Shown in pieces: positions 37,077 to 52,554 of a stretch of 64,000 nucleotides of DNA. The stretch lies in the NCBI RefSeq assembly GCF_965641715.1, contig NZ_OZ282453.1. The stretch is one strand, 5' to 3'. Origin of the DNA: Escherichia coli (GTDB taxonomy: Bacteria; Pseudomonadota; Gammaproteobacteria; Enterobacterales; Enterobacteriaceae). The position numbers and the translations under genes are program-made. Within the stretch, counting starts at the first letter, position 1. Each line of letters starts with the position of its first letter. The notes under the pieces were generated by a model. The model was not told where the DNA came from. It saw nothing but the letters and a program-made list of their open reading frames with translations, and did no database searches.

Positions 37077-38429
37077 ATGAGTTCTTTAAGTCAGGCTGCG
37101 AGCCGTGTGGAAAAACGCACGAATGCTCGTTACTGGATAGTGGTGATGTTGTTTATCGTCACATCCTTCAACTACGGCGACCGCGCTACGCTTTCTATTG
37201 CCGGTTCGGAAATGGCCAAAGATATCGGCCTTGATCCCGTGGGAATGGGCTATGTGTTCTCTGCCTTCTCATGGGCTTATGTTATCGGGCAGATCCCTGG
37301 TGGTTGGTTGCTGGATCGTTTTGGTTCAAAACGCGTCTACTTCTGGTCGATCTTTATCTGGTCGATGTTTACCTTGCTGCAAGGCTTCGTCGATATCTTT
37401 AGTGGATTCGGCATTATCGTTGCCCTGTTTACTCTGCGCTTCCTGGTCGGGCTTGCTGAAGCGCCATCTTTCCCCGGCAACAGTCGCATTGTTGCGGCCT
37501 GGTTTCCGGCGCAGGAAAGGGGAACGGCGGTGTCGATTTTTAACTCCGCTCAATACTTCGCAACGGTGATCTTCGCGCCGATTATGGGCTGGCTGACGCA
37601 TGAAGTGGGCTGGTCACACGTCTTCTTCTTTATGGGCGGTCTGGGGATTGTCATCAGCTTTATCTGGTTGAAAGTCATCCACGAGCCAAATCAACATCCG
37701 GGGGTAAATCAGAAAGAGCTGGAGTACATCGCCGCGGGTGGCGCGCTGATCAATATGGATCAGCAAAACACCAAAGTTAAAGTGCCGTTCAGCGTGAAGT
37801 GGGGGCAGATCAAACAGCTGCTCGGATCACGGATGATGATCGGCGTTTATATCGGTCAGTACTGTATCAACGCCCTGACTTACTTCTTCATTACCTGGTT
37901 CCCGGTTTATCTGGTGCAGGCGCGCGGGATGTCGATTCTGAAAGCGGGCTTTGTGGCTTCCGTTCCGGCGGTTTGCGGTTTTATCGGCGGTGTGCTGGGT
38001 GGGATAATTTCCGACTGGCTGATGCGCCGCACGGGGTCGCTGAACATTGCGCGTAAAACACCGATCGTAATGGGCATGTTGCTGTCGATGGTGATGGTGT
38101 TCTGCAACTACGTCAACGTTGAGTGGATGATCATCGGCTTTATGGCGCTGGCCTTCTTCGGTAAGGGCATCGGGGCGCTGGGTTGGGCAGTAATGGCAGA
38201 TACCGCGCCAAAAGAGATCAGCGGTCTTTCCGGTGGCCTGTTCAACATGTTCGGTAACATTTCTGGCATCGTCACGCCAATCGCAATTGGTTATATCGTT
38301 GGCACGACTGGCTCGTTTAATGGGGCGCTGATTTATGTTGGTGTTCATGCCTTAATCGCGGTACTGAGCTACCTGGTGCTGGTGGGCGATATCAAGCGTA
38401 TCGAGCTGAAACCTGTCGCGGGGCAATAA
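37077..38429 (+). CDS. gudP: Glucarate/galactarate MFS transporter
   Basis: 450 aa MFS protein. Confidence 0.9.
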   Translation: MSSLSQAASRVEKRTNARYWIVVMLFIVTSFNYGDRATLSIAGSEMAKDIGLDPVGMGYVFSAFSWAYVIGQIPGGWLLDRFGSKRVYFWSIFIWSMFTLLQGFVDIFSGFGIIVALFTLRFLVGLAEAPSFPGNSRIVAAWFPAQERGTAVSIFNSAQYFATVIFAPIMGWLTHEVGWSHVFFFMGGLGIVISFIWLKVIHEPNQHPGVNQKELEYIAAGGALINMDQQNTKVKVPFSVKWGQIKQLLGSRMMIGVYIGQYCINALTYFFITWFPVYLVQARGMSILKAGFVASVPAVCGFIGGVLGGIISDWLMRRTGSLNIARKTPIVMGMLLSMVMVFCNYVNVEWMIIGFMALAFFGKGIGALGWAVMADTAPKEISGLSGGLFNMFGNISGIVTPIAIGYIVGTTGSFNGALIYVGVHALIAVLSYLVLVGDIKRIELKPVAGQ

Positions 38430-38430
38430 G

Positions 38431-39771
38431 ATGACGACACAATCCAGTCCTGTTATTACTGATATGAAAGTCATTCCGGTCGCCGGGCACGATAGCATGT
38501 TGCTTAATATTGGTGGGGCACATAACGCATATTTCACCCGCAATATTGTGGTACTCACCGATAACGCCGGGCATACCGGCATTGGTGAAGCGCCGGGCGG
38601 AGAGGTGATTTATCAGACGCTTGTCGAAGCTATTCCGATGGTGCTGGGCCAGGAAGTCGCGCGCCTGAATAAAGTGGTTCAGCAGGTGCATAAAGGTAAT
38701 CAAGCAGCCGATTTTGATACCTTCGGCAAAGGTGCCTGGACTTTTGAATTGCGCGTTAATGCCGTAGCGGCGCTGGAAGCCGCCTTGCTTGACCTGTTAG
38801 GTAAGGCGCTGAATGTTCCGGTCTGCGAACTGTTAGGGCCAGGCAAGCAACGCGAGGCTATTACCGTCCTCGGTTATCTGTTTTATATCGGTGATCGGAC
38901 CAAAACCGATCTTCCTTATCTGGAAAATACGCCGGGCAACCATGAGTGGTATCAGTTGCGGCATCAGAAAGCGATGAACAGCGAAGCCGTTGTGCGTCTG
39001 GCGGAAGCCTCACAGGATCGCTACGGCTTTAAAGATTTTAAACTTAAGGGCGGCGTGTTACCTGGCGAGCAAGAAATCGACACTGTTCGTGCATTGAAGA
39101 AACGCTTCCCGGATGCGCGGATTACCGTTGATCCCAACGGTGCATGGCTGCTTGATGAAGCCATTTCTCTGTGCAAAGGGCTGAATGATGTTCTTACCTA
39201 TGCCGAAGATCCATGCGGCGCAGAACAGGGCTTCTCCGGACGTGAAGTGATGGCGGAGTTTCGGCGGGCGACCGGCTTGCCCGTCGCGACTAATATGATC
39301 GCCACCAACTGGCGCGAAATGGGCCATGCGGTGATGCTCAATGCGGTAGATATTCCACTTGCCGATCCGCACTTCTGGACGCTTTCCGGTGCAGTCCGCG
39401 TGGCGCAGCTTTGCGACGACTGGGGGCTGACCTGGGGCTGCCATTCCAACAACCATTTCGATATCTCTCTGGCGATGTTTACCCATGTGGGCGCGGCGGC
39501 ACCGGGTAATCCTACCGCTATCGATACCCACTGGATTTGGCAGGAGGGCGACTGTCGCCTGACCAAAAATCCGCTGGAGATTAAAAACGGAAAAATTGCC
39601 GTTCCTGATGCGCCCGGTCTGGGCGTGGAACTGGACTGGGAACAGGTACAAAAGGCACATGAGGCCTATAAACGTCTGCCTGGCGGTGCGCGTAACGACG
39701 CAGGTCCGATGCAGTACCTGATCCCCGGCTGGACCTTTGACCGTAAACGTCCCGTTTTCGGCCGTCATTGA
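38431..39771 (+). CDS. gudX: Glucarate dehydratase-related protein (enolase superfamily)
   Basis: 446 aa, paralog of GudD. Confidence 0.9.
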   Translation: MTTQSSPVITDMKVIPVAGHDSMLLNIGGAHNAYFTRNIVVLTDNAGHTGIGEAPGGEVIYQTLVEAIPMVLGQEVARLNKVVQQVHKGNQAADFDTFGKGAWTFELRVNAVAALEAALLDLLGKALNVPVCELLGPGKQREAITVLGYLFYIGDRTKTDLPYLENTPGNHEWYQLRHQKAMNSEAVVRLAEASQDRYGFKDFKLKGGVLPGEQEIDTVRALKKRFPDARITVDPNGAWLLDEAISLCKGLNDVLTYAEDPCGAEQGFSGREVMAEFRRATGLPVATNMIATNWREMGHAVMLNAVDIPLADPHFWTLSGAVRVAQLCDDWGLTWGCHSNNHFDISLAMFTHVGAAAPGNPTAIDTHWIWQEGDCRLTKNPLEIKNGKIAVPDAPGLGVELDWEQVQKAHEAYKRLPGGARNDAGPMQYLIPGWTFDRKRPVFGRH

Positions 39772-39791
39772 TTCTGAAAAAGGACATAAAT

Positions 39792-41132
39792 ATGAGTTCT
39801 CAATTTACGACGCCTGTTGTTACTGAAATGCAGGTCATCCCGGTGGCGGGCCATGACAGTATGCTGATGAATCTGAGTGGTGCACACGCACCGTTCTTCA
39901 CGCGTAATATTGTGATTATCAAAGATAATTCTGGTCACACTGGCGTAGGGGAAATTCCCGGCGGCGAGAAAATCCGTAAAACGCTGGAAGATGCGATTCC
40001 GCTGGTAGTGGGTAAAACGCTGGGTGAATACAAAAACGTTCTGACGCTGGTGCGTAATACTTTTGCCGATCGTGATGCCGGCGGGCGCGGTTTGCAGACA
40101 TTTGATTTGCGTACCACTATTCATGTAGTTACCGGGATAGAAGCGGCAATGCTGGATCTGCTGGGGCAGCATCTGGGGGTTAACGTGGCATCGCTGCTGG
40201 GCGATGGTCAACAGCGTAGCGAAGTCGAAATGCTCGGTTATCTGTTCTTCGTCGGTAATCGCAAAGCCACACCGCTGCCGTATCAAAGCCAGCCGGATGA
40301 CTCATGCGACTGGTATCGCCTGCGTCATGAAGAAGCGATGACGCCGGATGCGGTGGTGCGCCTGGCGGAAGCGGCGTATGAAAAATATGGCTTCAACGAT
40401 TTCAAACTGAAAGGCGGTGTACTGGCCGGGGAAGAAGAGGCCGAGTCTATTGTGGCACTGGCGCAACGCTTCCCGCAGGCGCGTATTACGCTCGATCCTA
40501 ACGGTGCCTGGTCGCTGAACGAAGCGATTAAAATTGGTAAATACCTGAAAGGTTCGCTGGCTTATGCAGAAGATCCGTGTGGTGCGGAGCAAGGTTTCTC
40601 CGGGCGTGAAGTGATGGCAGAGTTCCGTCGCGCGACTGGCCTGCCGACTGCAACCAATATGATCGCCACCGACTGGCGGCAGATGGGCCATACGCTCTCG
40701 TTACAATCCGTTGATATCCCGCTGGCGGATCCGCATTTCTGGACGATGCAAGGTTCGGTACGTGTGGCGCAAATGTGCCATGAATTTGGCCTGACCTGGG
40801 GTTCACACTCTAACAACCACTTCGATATTTCCCTGGCGATGTTTACCCATGTTGCCGCCGCTGCACCGGGTAAAATTACTGCTATTGATACGCACTGGAT
40901 TTGGCAGGAAGGCAATCAGCGCCTGACCAAAGAACCGTTTGAGATCAAAGGCGGGCTGGTACAGGTGCCAGAAAAACCGGGGCTGGGTGTAGAAATCGAT
41001 ATGGATCAAGTGATGAAAGCCCATGAGCTGTATCAGAAACACGGGCTTGGCGCGCGTGACGATGCGATGGGAATGCAGTATCTGATTCCTGGCTGGACGT
41101 TCGATAACAAGCGCCCGTGCATGGTGCGTTAA
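39792..41132 (+). CDS. gudD: D-glucarate dehydratase (enolase superfamily)
   Basis: ORF track starts 39768; likely true start at [13 protein letters not shown] (39792). Confidence 0.9.
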   Translation: MSSQFTTPVVTEMQVIPVAGHDSMLMNLSGAHAPFFTRNIVIIKDNSGHTGVGEIPGGEKIRKTLEDAIPLVVGKTLGEYKNVLTLVRNTFADRDAGGRGLQTFDLRTTIHVVTGIEAAMLDLLGQHLGVNVASLLGDGQQRSEVEMLGYLFFVGNRKATPLPYQSQPDDSCDWYRLRHEEAMTPDAVVRLAEAAYEKYGFNDFKLKGGVLAGEEEAESIVALAQRFPQARITLDPNGAWSLNEAIKIGKYLKGSLAYAEDPCGAEQGFSGREVMAEFRRATGLPTATNMIATDWRQMGHTLSLQSVDIPLADPHFWTMQGSVRVAQMCHEFGLTWGSHSNNHFDISLAMFTHVAAAAPGKITAIDTHWIWQEGNQRLTKEPFEIKGGLVQVPEKPGLGVEIDMDQVMKAHELYQKHGLGARDDAMGMQYLIPGWTFDNKRPCMVR

Positions 41133-41255
41133 GACAGAAAACCAAAACCGGCTCTATCTGGAGCCGGTTTGAGACTGATGCTAAACGCAAAATAGCCTGT
41201 TGTGCTATGTATCAGGTCTACATCATTTTTTAATTCATTGAATTTAATTGGTTTT

Positions 41256-41291
41256 GTAGGCCGGATAAGGCGTTAACGCCGCATCCGGCAT
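41256..41291. repeat. REP element between gudD and barA
   Basis: gtaggccggataaggcgttaacgccgcatccggcat palindrome. Confidence 0.6.
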
Positions 41292-41363
41292 AAACACAGG
41301 CACTTTGTCACCAATCTGAAACCAGCGTCATAAAAAGCCGATTGCTACTCGACAAGACGTCCG

Positions 41364-44120
41364 TTACCCGAGAATTTTGCTGGCTTCGCGCGCGACATTA
41401 TCCATCTCGTCCAACAGTTCCAGCAGCTCCGGCTCCAAATCTTCTTCTTTAGTACCGCTACGTAGCTGTTGTTCGATCAGTTGGCAGAGATTCTTCATAC
41501 GCGGCACACCGCTATAGCCGCAACTGCCATGCAGTTTATGAATCAAATCAACCAGGCCTTCCGGGTTTTCTCCAACCAGCTGTTCCTCAACTTTGTTGCG
41601 AACTTCAGGCAGGAAATCGAGTAACATTTGCAGCATATCGCGCGCTAAATCGGTTTTTCCTGCTGCCTGGCGTAGTGCCAGTTGCCAGTCGAGGGTCGCA
41701 TTCGGGTTCACCACAATTTCGTTGACTTCAGGCGTCACGACGCGAGACGAAATACCGCTGCCAGGCTTGTAGCGCAACAGCAAATTATGCAATCGCTCTT
41801 CTTCAATCGGTTTCGCCAGATAATCGCTCATCCCTGCGCCAAGCAGCTTCTCTTTTTGCCCGGCCATTGCATGCGCCGTTACCGCGATAACCGGCGTTTG
41901 TTGCTGATGGGGGAGCTGGTGGATGAGTTCGCAGGCCCGAATGCCATCCATGTCAGGCATTTGAATATCCATTAAGATCAAATCGAACGGCATCTGTTTC
42001 GCCCGTTCAACCGCCTGATGCCCGCTATCGCAAAGTTCCACATGTTGCACCATATCTTCCAGCAATGCGCCGATAAGTTTCAGGTTAGCGGGGTTGTCAT
42101 CAACCGCCATGACTGTCATTGCCAGCTTACTTTCATCGGTTACAGGCAAAAGCGTGTTTTGTTTGTGATGACAAAATTCCGTCAGGGCAGGCAACAGGCG
42201 CGTAGGTGTTAATGGTTTCAGCAGACACGCGCCGATACCATCTTGCTTAAGTTTTTCAGCATTGACTTGTGCATGGCAAGGAAGTGCCAGCATCAGGAAA
42301 TCGGTCATCGATACCGCTTTCGCTAATCGCTCATGTTGCATTGTTAGCGGCTCGCGGAAGGTCACCGCGATGCCTAACAACATCATGTCGTAATGCGCGG
42401 GAGGCAGCGCGGAGAACGTTGGGCTATAAACCACTTCCAGCGGCGTTTCACTTAAAATATCCAGCGTGCATTGCGCTGCTGCGGAGTTTGGTTCGACATA
42501 GGCCAGGCGTTTACCGGCGAGGCACTGGGTGGATGGCCCTTCAATAATAATGTTCGGGTTCAGATCGAGATTAATGTGGAACCAGAAAGTTGAACCGCGA
42601 TTCGGCTGGCTATGGAACGAAATATCGCCGCCCATTTCATTAACCAGTTTTTGTGTAATCACCAGCCCCAGCCCGGTGCCACCATGACGGCGGGAAATAC
42701 TGGCATCAGCCTGTCGGAAGGCCTGGAATAAGCGCGATTGATCGCGTTCAGGAATACCAATGCCGGTATCCCGAATCTGCACTTCAATCTGCACTTTGGT
42801 ATTACTCAGCGCACGTTTTTCTACCAGAATATCAATGTTGCCATTCTCGGTGAATTTAATTGCATTCCCCACCAGGTTAGTGATGATTTGCTGTAATCGC
42901 AGTGGGTCGCCGATCACGTTATCAGGCACGTCGCTCTTAATATTGAGCGTCAGTTCCAGACCTTTATCGTGAGAAGAATGTGCCAGCAGGGTAACGACTT
43001 CATCCAGCGTGCTGCGTAGTGGGAATGGAATACTTTCCAGAATCAGCTTACCTGCTTCCAGTTTCGAGAAGTCGAGAACATCATTAATAATTGCCAGCAA
43101 ATTATTTGCCGAACGTTCAATCGTATTCAGGTGATCGCGCTGCGTTGGTGTTAATTCTGTTTTCAGCGTCAGGCGGGTAAAGCCAATAACACCATTCAGT
43201 GGTGTACGCAGCTCGTGTGACATATTTGCCAGAAACTCGGATTTAATACGCGCCGCTTCCTGGGCGCGCTTTTTCGCCAGATCCAACTCAACGTTCTGAA
43301 TTTCCATCTGCTCCAGCGTTTCACGCAGATCGGACGTCGCCTGGTCGATATTGTGCTGCATCTCTTCGTGATAAGCAGCCAGCGACATTGCCATCGAGTT
43401 GATACCGTTTTTCAGCATATCCAGCTCGCCGAGCATAAATCCTTCCACCCGGCTGTCGAGTTGCCCGCGACGGATGCGGTCGACGGTATTCACCATGTTG
43501 CGAATCGGACCGGTTACATCGCGCATTAAGCGCCAGCCAAAAATAAGCGCAATACCGATACAAAACAGCATCATCACGCTGGAAATAAAGATCTCTTTAT
43601 ATTGCTGCAAGCGAACCGATTTAAGATCCAGCTCCAGCGCAATATATCCCAGCATATTTTGACTATTTTTGGCATCGCTACTGGGCGATTCGTCGGGGGA
43701 GTAACTCTCAGAAATAATCGGCGTGCGGAGGATCATAATATCGCCGTCACGAGTGACAGTGAGCTGGCGAGGAAACGGCACGTTGCTGCCGAGCTGCATA
43801 GATGAGGGATCAAGATGAAAATTGGAGGTGACAAAGAGTCGGTTATTTTCATCATAAACCGAAATCGCGCGAACAATATCGGAATGGCGACGATGCAGTA
43901 CGCTTATTAACTGACCGATAGATTCGCGATTTTGCAAGCTCATGCCATATTCAGTAGAAACTGCAAGCGGCTCAATAATGCTGGCACCGGCATCTTCCAG
44001 TTGACGCTGCAAGTCGTTATAGCGATGCACGACGAAAAAGATACTCAGCAATAAACCAATAAGGACGGTCGGTGCCAGGATCAGAATCATCATGCGTGCG
44101 CGCAGGCTGTAGTTGGTCAT
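41364..44120 (-). CDS. barA: Hybrid sensor histidine kinase BarA (HAMP-HisKA-HATPase-REC-HPt)
   Basis: 918 aa recognised as BarA. Confidence 0.95.
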
Positions 44121-44176
44121 GGAGTTCCGTTATGGGACAATTAAGGTCACACTGTTAAATTGAGAAAGTCTCGCCA

Positions 44177-45478
44177 ATGGCGCAATTCTACTCTGCAAAA
44201 CGACGCACGACGACGCGTCAGATCATAACCGTTTCAGTCAACGACCTCGACTCTTTTGGTCAGGGCGTGGCGCGACATAACGGCAAAACGCTATTTATCC
44301 CCGGATTATTGCCGCAGGAAAACGCGGAAGTTACTGTTACTGAAGATAAAAAACAGTATGCCCGCGCTAAAGTCGTACGCCGGTTAAGCGATAGCCCGGA
44401 ACGCGAAACGCCACGCTGTCCTCATTTTGGCGTATGCGGCGGCTGTCAGCAACAACACGCCAGCGTGGATTTACAGCAGCGAAGCAAAAGTGCGGCACTC
44501 GCCCGATTAATGAAACACGAAGTCTCTGAAGTGATCGCCGATGTTCCCTGGGGCTATCGCCGTCGCGCGCGTTTAAGTCTGAACTACTTACCGAAAACAC
44601 AGCAACTTCAGATGGGGTTTCGCAAAGCGGGCTCCAGTGACATTGTCGACGTTAAACAATGTCCCATTTTAGTGCCCCAACTTGAAGCATTGCTGCCCAA
44701 AGTCAGGGCATGCCTGGGCAGCTTACAAGCTATGCGCCATCTTGGTCATGTTGAACTGGTACAGGCAACCAGCGGCACGCTGATGATTTTGCGCCATACC
44801 GCACCGCTAAGTTCGGCAGATCGCGAAAAACTGGAACGCTTTTCGCATTCTGAAGGCCTGGATCTGTATCTCGCCCCCGATAGTGAGATACTCGAAACCG
44901 TCTCTGGTGAGATGCCCTGGTATGACTCAAACGGGTTGCGCTTAACTTTTAGCCCGCGCGATTTTATTCAGGTCAATGCGGGTGTGAACCAAAAAATGGT
45001 AGCGCGTGCGTTGGAATGGCTGGATGTGCAACCTGAAGATCGCGTACTGGATCTGTTCTGCGGTATGGGCAACTTTACACTGCCATTGGCGACACAAGCT
45101 GCCAGTGTGGTCGGTGTAGAAGGTGTTCCGGCGCTGGTGGAAAAAGGCCAGCAGAATGCGCGTCTTAATGGCTTACAGAATGTGACGTTTTATCACGAAA
45201 ATCTTGAAGAAGATGTCACAAAGCAGCCGTGGGCGAAAAACGGCTTCGATAAAGTGTTGCTGGACCCGGCGCGAGCAGGTGCCGCAGGTGTTATGCAGCA
45301 AATTATAAAACTGGAACCTATTCGTATAGTTTATGTATCCTGTAACCCTGCAACGCTGGCTCGGGATAGCGAAGCGTTATTAAAAGCAGGATATACCATT
45401 GCGCGACTGGCGATGCTGGATATGTTCCCACACACGGGACATCTGGAATCGATGGTACTTTTCTCGCGCGTTAAATAG
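44177..45478 (+). CDS. rlmD: 23S rRNA m5U1939 methyltransferase (TRAM and Fe-S cluster domains)
   Basis: 433 aa with [14 protein letters not shown] cluster motif. Confidence 0.9.
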   Translation: MAQFYSAKRRTTTRQIITVSVNDLDSFGQGVARHNGKTLFIPGLLPQENAEVTVTEDKKQYARAKVVRRLSDSPERETPRCPHFGVCGGCQQQHASVDLQQRSKSAALARLMKHEVSEVIADVPWGYRRRARLSLNYLPKTQQLQMGFRKAGSSDIVDVKQCPILVPQLEALLPKVRACLGSLQAMRHLGHVELVQATSGTLMILRHTAPLSSADREKLERFSHSEGLDLYLAPDSEILETVSGEMPWYDSNGLRLTFSPRDFIQVNAGVNQKMVARALEWLDVQPEDRVLDLFCGMGNFTLPLATQAASVVGVEGVPALVEKGQQNARLNGLQNVTFYHENLEEDVTKQPWAKNGFDKVLLDPARAGAAGVMQQIIKLEPIRIVYVSCNPATLARDSEALLKAGYTIARLAMLDMFPHTGHLESMVLFSRVK

Positions 45479-45525
45479 TTGCGATTTGCCGATTTCGGCA
45501 GGTCTGGTCCCTAAAGGAGAGGACG

Positions 45526-47760
45526 ATGGTTGCGGTAAGAAGTGCACATATCAATAAGGCTGGTGAATTTGATCCGGAAAAATGGATCGCAAGTCTGGGT
45601 ATTACCAGCCAGAAGTCGTGTGAGTGCTTAGCCGAAACCTGGGCGTATTGTCTGCAACAGACGCAGGGGCATCCGGATGCCAGTCTGTTATTGTGGCGTG
45701 GTGTTGAGATGGTGGAGATCCTCTCGACATTAAGTATGGACATTGACACGCTGCGGGCGGCGCTGCTTTTCCCTCTGGCGGATGCCAACGTAGTCAGCGA
45801 AGATGTGCTGCGTGAGAGCGTCGGTAAGTCGGTCGTTAACCTTATTCACGGCGTGCGTGATATGGCGGCGATCCGCCAGCTGAAAGCGACGCACACTGAT
45901 TCTGTTTCCTCCGAACAGGTCGATAACGTTCGCCGGATGTTATTGGCGATGGTCGATGATTTTCGCTGCGTGGTCATCAAACTGGCGGAGCGTATTGCTC
46001 ATCTGCGTGAAGTAAAAGATGCGCCGGAAGATGAACGCGTACTGGCGGCAAAAGAGTGCACCAATATCTACGCGCCGTTGGCAAACCGTCTTGGGATTGG
46101 GCAACTGAAATGGGAGCTGGAAGATTACTGCTTCCGTTATCTCCACCCGACCGAATACAAACGCATCGCAAAACTGTTGCATGAACGCCGTCTCGACCGC
46201 GAACACTATATCGAAGAGTTTGTCGGCCATCTGCGCGCTGAGATGAAAGCTGAAGGCGTTAAAGCTGAAGTGTATGGTCGTCCGAAACACATCTACAGCA
46301 TCTGGCGCAAAATGCAGAAAAAGAACCTCGCCTTCGATGAGCTGTTTGATGTGCGTGCGGTACGTATTGTCGCCGAGCGTTTACAGGATTGTTATGCCGC
46401 ACTGGGGATAGTGCACACTCACTATCGCCACCTGCCGGATGAGTTTGATGATTACGTCGCTAACCCGAAACCAAACGGTTATCAGTCTATTCATACCGTG
46501 GTTCTGGGGCCGGGTGGAAAAACCGTTGAGATCCAAATCCGCACCAAACAGATGCATGAAGATGCAGAGTTGGGTGTTGCTGCGCACTGGAAATATAAAG
46601 AGGGCGCGGCAGCTGGCGGCGCACGTTCGGGACATGAAGACCGGATTGCCTGGCTGCGTAAACTGATTGCGTGGCAGGAAGAGATGGCTGATTCCGGCGA
46701 AATGCTCGACGAAGTACGCAGCCAGGTCTTTGACGACCGGGTGTACGTCTTTACGCCGAAAGGTGATGTCGTTGATTTGCCTGCGGGATCAACGCCGCTG
46801 GACTTCGCTTACCACATCCACAGTGATGTCGGGCACCGTTGCATCGGGGCAAAAATTGGCGGGCGCATTGTGCCGTTCACCTACCAGCTGCAGATGGGCG
46901 ACCAGATTGAAATTATCACCCAGAAACAGCCGAACCCCAGCCGTGACTGGTTAAACCCAAACCTCGGTTACGTCACAACCAGCCGTGGGCGTTCGAAAAT
47001 TCACGCCTGGTTCCGTAAACAGGACCGTGACAAAAACATTCTGGCTGGGCGGCAAATCCTTGACGACGAGCTGGAACATCTGGGGATCAGCCTGAAAGAA
47101 GCAGAAAAACATCTGCTGCCGCGTTACAACTTCAATGATGTCGACGAGTTGCTGGCGGCGATTGGTGGCGGGGATATCCGTCTCAATCAGATGGTGAACT
47201 TCCTGCAATCGCAATTTAATAAGCCGAGTGCCGAAGAGCAGGACGCCGCCGCGCTGAAACAGCTTCAGCAAAAAAGCTACACGCCGCAAAACCGCAGTAA
47301 AGATAACGGTCGTGTAGTGGTTGAAGGTGTTGGTAACCTGATGCACCACATCGCGCGCTGCTGCCAGCCGATTCCTGGAGATGAGATTGTCGGCTTCATT
47401 ACCCAGGGACGCGGTATTTCAGTACACCGCGCCGATTGCGAACAACTGGCGGAACTGCGCTCCCATGCGCCAGAACGCATTGTTGACGCGGTATGGGGTG
47501 AGAGCTACTCCGCCGGATATTCGCTGGTGGTCCGCGTGGTGGCTAATGATCGTAGTGGGTTGTTACGTGATATCACGACCATTCTCGCCAACGAGAAGGT
47601 GAACGTGCTTGGCGTTGCCAGCCGTAGCGACACCAAACAGCAACTGGCGACCATCGACATGACCATTGAGATTTACAACCTGCAAGTGCTGGGGCGCGTG
47701 CTGGGTAAACTCAACCAGGTGCCGGATGTTATCGACGCGCGTCGGTTGCACGGGAGTTAG
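45526..47760 (+). CDS. relA: GTP pyrophosphokinase, (p)ppGpp synthetase I
   Basis: 744 aa recognised as RelA. Confidence 0.95.
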   Translation: MVAVRSAHINKAGEFDPEKWIASLGITSQKSCECLAETWAYCLQQTQGHPDASLLLWRGVEMVEILSTLSMDIDTLRAALLFPLADANVVSEDVLRESVGKSVVNLIHGVRDMAAIRQLKATHTDSVSSEQVDNVRRMLLAMVDDFRCVVIKLAERIAHLREVKDAPEDERVLAAKECTNIYAPLANRLGIGQLKWELEDYCFRYLHPTEYKRIAKLLHERRLDREHYIEEFVGHLRAEMKAEGVKAEVYGRPKHIYSIWRKMQKKNLAFDELFDVRAVRIVAERLQDCYAALGIVHTHYRHLPDEFDDYVANPKPNGYQSIHTVVLGPGGKTVEIQIRTKQMHEDAELGVAAHWKYKEGAAAGGARSGHEDRIAWLRKLIAWQEEMADSGEMLDEVRSQVFDDRVYVFTPKGDVVDLPAGSTPLDFAYHIHSDVGHRCIGAKIGGRIVPFTYQLQMGDQIEIITQKQPNPSRDWLNPNLGYVTTSRGRSKIHAWFRKQDRDKNILAGRQILDDELEHLGISLKEAEKHLLPRYNFNDVDELLAAIGGGDIRLNQMVNFLQSQFNKPSAEEQDAAALKQLQQKSYTPQNRSKDNGRVVVEGVGNLMHHIARCCQPIPGDEIVGFITQGRGISVHRADCEQLAELRSHAPERIVDAVWGESYSAGYSLVVRVVANDRSGLLRDITTILANEKVNVLGVASRSDTKQQLATIDMTIEIYNLQVLGRVLGKLNQVPDVIDARRLHGS

Positions 47761-47774
47761 GCCGAAACTTGCTC

Positions 47775-47820
47775 GTATCTACAATGTAGATTGATATATA
47801 CTGTATCTACATATGATAGT
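47775..47820. promoter_or_regulatory. mazEF promoter/operator with alternating palindrome
   Basis: TCGTATCTACAATGTAGATTGATATATACTGTATCTACATATGATAG, overlapping palindromes upstream of the mazE start. Confidence 0.7.
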
Positions 47821-47837
47821 GGTTTGAGGAAAGGGTT

Positions 47838-48086
47838 ATGATCCACAGTAGCGTAAAGCGTTGGGGAAATTCACCGGCGGTGCGGATCCCGGCTACGTTA
47901 ATGCAGGCGCTCAATCTGAATATTGATGATGAAGTGAAGATTGACCTGGTGGATGGCAAATTAATTATTGAGCCAGTGCGTAAAGAGCCCGTATTTACGC
48001 TTGCTGAACTGGTCAACGACATCACGCCGGAAAACCTCCACGAGAATATCGACTGGGGAGAGCCGAAAGATAAGGAAGTCTGGTAA
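47838..48086 (+). CDS. mazE: Antitoxin MazE (AbrB/SpoVT fold)
   Basis: 82 aa; stop overlaps mazF start (TAATG). Confidence 0.95.
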
Positions 48087-48421
48087 TGGTAAGCCGATAC
48101 GTACCCGATATGGGCGATCTGATTTGGGTTGATTTTGACCCGACAAAAGGTAGCGAGCAAGCCGGACATCGTCCGGCTGTTGTCCTGAGTCCGTTCATGT
48201 ACAACAACAAAACAGGTATGTGTCTGTGTGTTCCTTGTACAACGCAATCAAAAGGATATCCGTTCGAAGTTGTTTTATCCGGTCAGGAACGTGATGGCGT
48301 AGCGTTAGCTGATCAGGTAAAAAGTATCGCCTGGCGGGCAAGAGGAGCAACGAAGAAAGGAACGGTTGCCCCAGAGGAATTACAACTCATTAAAGCCAAA
48401 ATTAACGTACTGATTGGGTAG
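48086..48421 (+). CDS. mazF: Toxin MazF, ACA-specific mRNA interferase
   Basis: 111 aa PemK/MazF fold. Confidence 0.95.
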   Translation: MVSRYVPDMGDLIWVDFDPTKGSEQAGHRPAVVLSPFMYNNKTGMCLCVPCTTQSKGYPFEVVLSGQERDGVALADQVKSIAWRARGATKKGTVAPEELQLIKAKINVLIG

Positions 48422-48492
48422 GTGTTACTAACTCACTTCTATTCTGGTCACAGGTTTCCACCTGACAGACCCGCAATTTTCAGGACATTCTA

Positions 48493-49284
48493 ATGAATCA
48501 AATCGACCGTTTGCTCACTATTATGCAGCGCCTGCGCGACCCGGAAAACGGCTGCCCGTGGGATAAAGAGCAGACATTTGCCACCATTGCGCCTTACACC
48601 CTTGAAGAAACCTACGAAGTGCTGGACGCCATCGCCCGTGAAGATTTTGACGATCTGCGCGGTGAACTGGGCGATCTGCTATTCCAGGTGGTGTTTTACG
48701 CGCAAATGGCTCAGGAAGAAGGGCGCTTTGACTTTAATGATATTTGCGCTGCTATTAGCGATAAATTAGAGCGTCGCCATCCGCATGTTTTTGCTGACAG
48801 TTCTGCCGAAAACAGTAGTGAAGTGCTTGCCCGTTGGGAGCAAATCAAAACCGAAGAGCGCGCGCAGAAAGCGCAGCATTCGGCGCTGGACGATATTCCT
48901 CGTAGTTTACCGGCTTTAATGCGGGCGCAAAAAATCCAGAAACGTTGCGCCAACGTTGGCTTCGACTGGACGACGCTTGGCCCAGTGGTTGATAAAGTCT
49001 ACGAAGAGATCGACGAGGTGATGTACGAGGCACGGCAGGCTGTTATCGACCAGGCTAAACTGGAGGAGGAAATGGGTGACCTGCTGTTTGCCACGGTCAA
49101 TCTGGCTCGTCATTTAGGGACAAAAGCGGAAATCGCATTGCAAAAAGCGAACGAAAAATTCGAGCGTCGTTTTCGCGAAGTGGAGCGTATTGTTGCCGCG
49201 CGTGGACTGGAAATGACAGGTGTTGACCTCGAAACAATGGAAGAAGTCTGGCAACAGGTAAAACGGCAGGAAATTGATCTCTAA
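48493..49284 (+). CDS. mazG: Nucleoside triphosphate pyrophosphohydrolase MazG
   Basis: 263 aa with tandem MazG domains. Confidence 0.9.
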   Translation: MNQIDRLLTIMQRLRDPENGCPWDKEQTFATIAPYTLEETYEVLDAIAREDFDDLRGELGDLLFQVVFYAQMAQEEGRFDFNDICAAISDKLERRHPHVFADSSAENSSEVLARWEQIKTEERAQKAQHSALDDIPRSLPALMRAQKIQKRCANVGFDWTTLGPVVDKVYEEIDEVMYEARQAVIDQAKLEEEMGDLLFATVNLARHLGTKAEIALQKANEKFERRFREVERIVAARGLEMTGVDLETMEEVWQQVKRQEIDL

Positions 49285-49496
49285 GGGAATTACGCGGTCA
49301 AGCGCCATTTGTGTCATTTTTTAAATGACAAGCGCTTGATTTGCGTCAAAAACATTTACCCCAAAGGGGCTATTTTCTCACTCCTGATTTCAATAGTGCG
49401 CTGGCGAAGAGGAGGGATAATGAAAGTTTGTGGCACAGGTCATGTTCGGGTATACTGCTTTCCCGTCCTGGTTATTCCATCGTCTTTTCAACCTAA

Positions 49497-51149
<1,653 letters not shown>

Positions 51150-51169
51150 GTAAAAAAGTTAGAACGGCA

Positions 51170-51200
51170 ACGCGTACCCAGGGTACGCGTTGTTTGTCTG
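51170..51200 (+). terminator. Hairpin between pyrG and eno (possible partial terminator)
   Basis: aacgcgta-cccaggg-tacgcgtt stem-loop followed by gtttgtctgg. Confidence 0.4.
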
Positions 51201-51221
51201 GAGTTTCAGTTTAACTAGTGA

Positions 51222-52535
<1,314 letters not shown>

Positions 52536-52554
52536 GACTGACTTTATCTGATTT

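Noticed and set aside
37025-37234. 69-aa ORF upstream of and overlapping the gudP start
   Set aside because: It is out of frame with gudP, lacks a convincing ribosome-binding site and overlaps the real MFS start; likely spurious.
39058-39768. 236-aa minus-strand ORF inside gudX (similar ones inside gudD)
   Set aside because: Antisense artefact, duplicated because gudX and gudD are paralogs.
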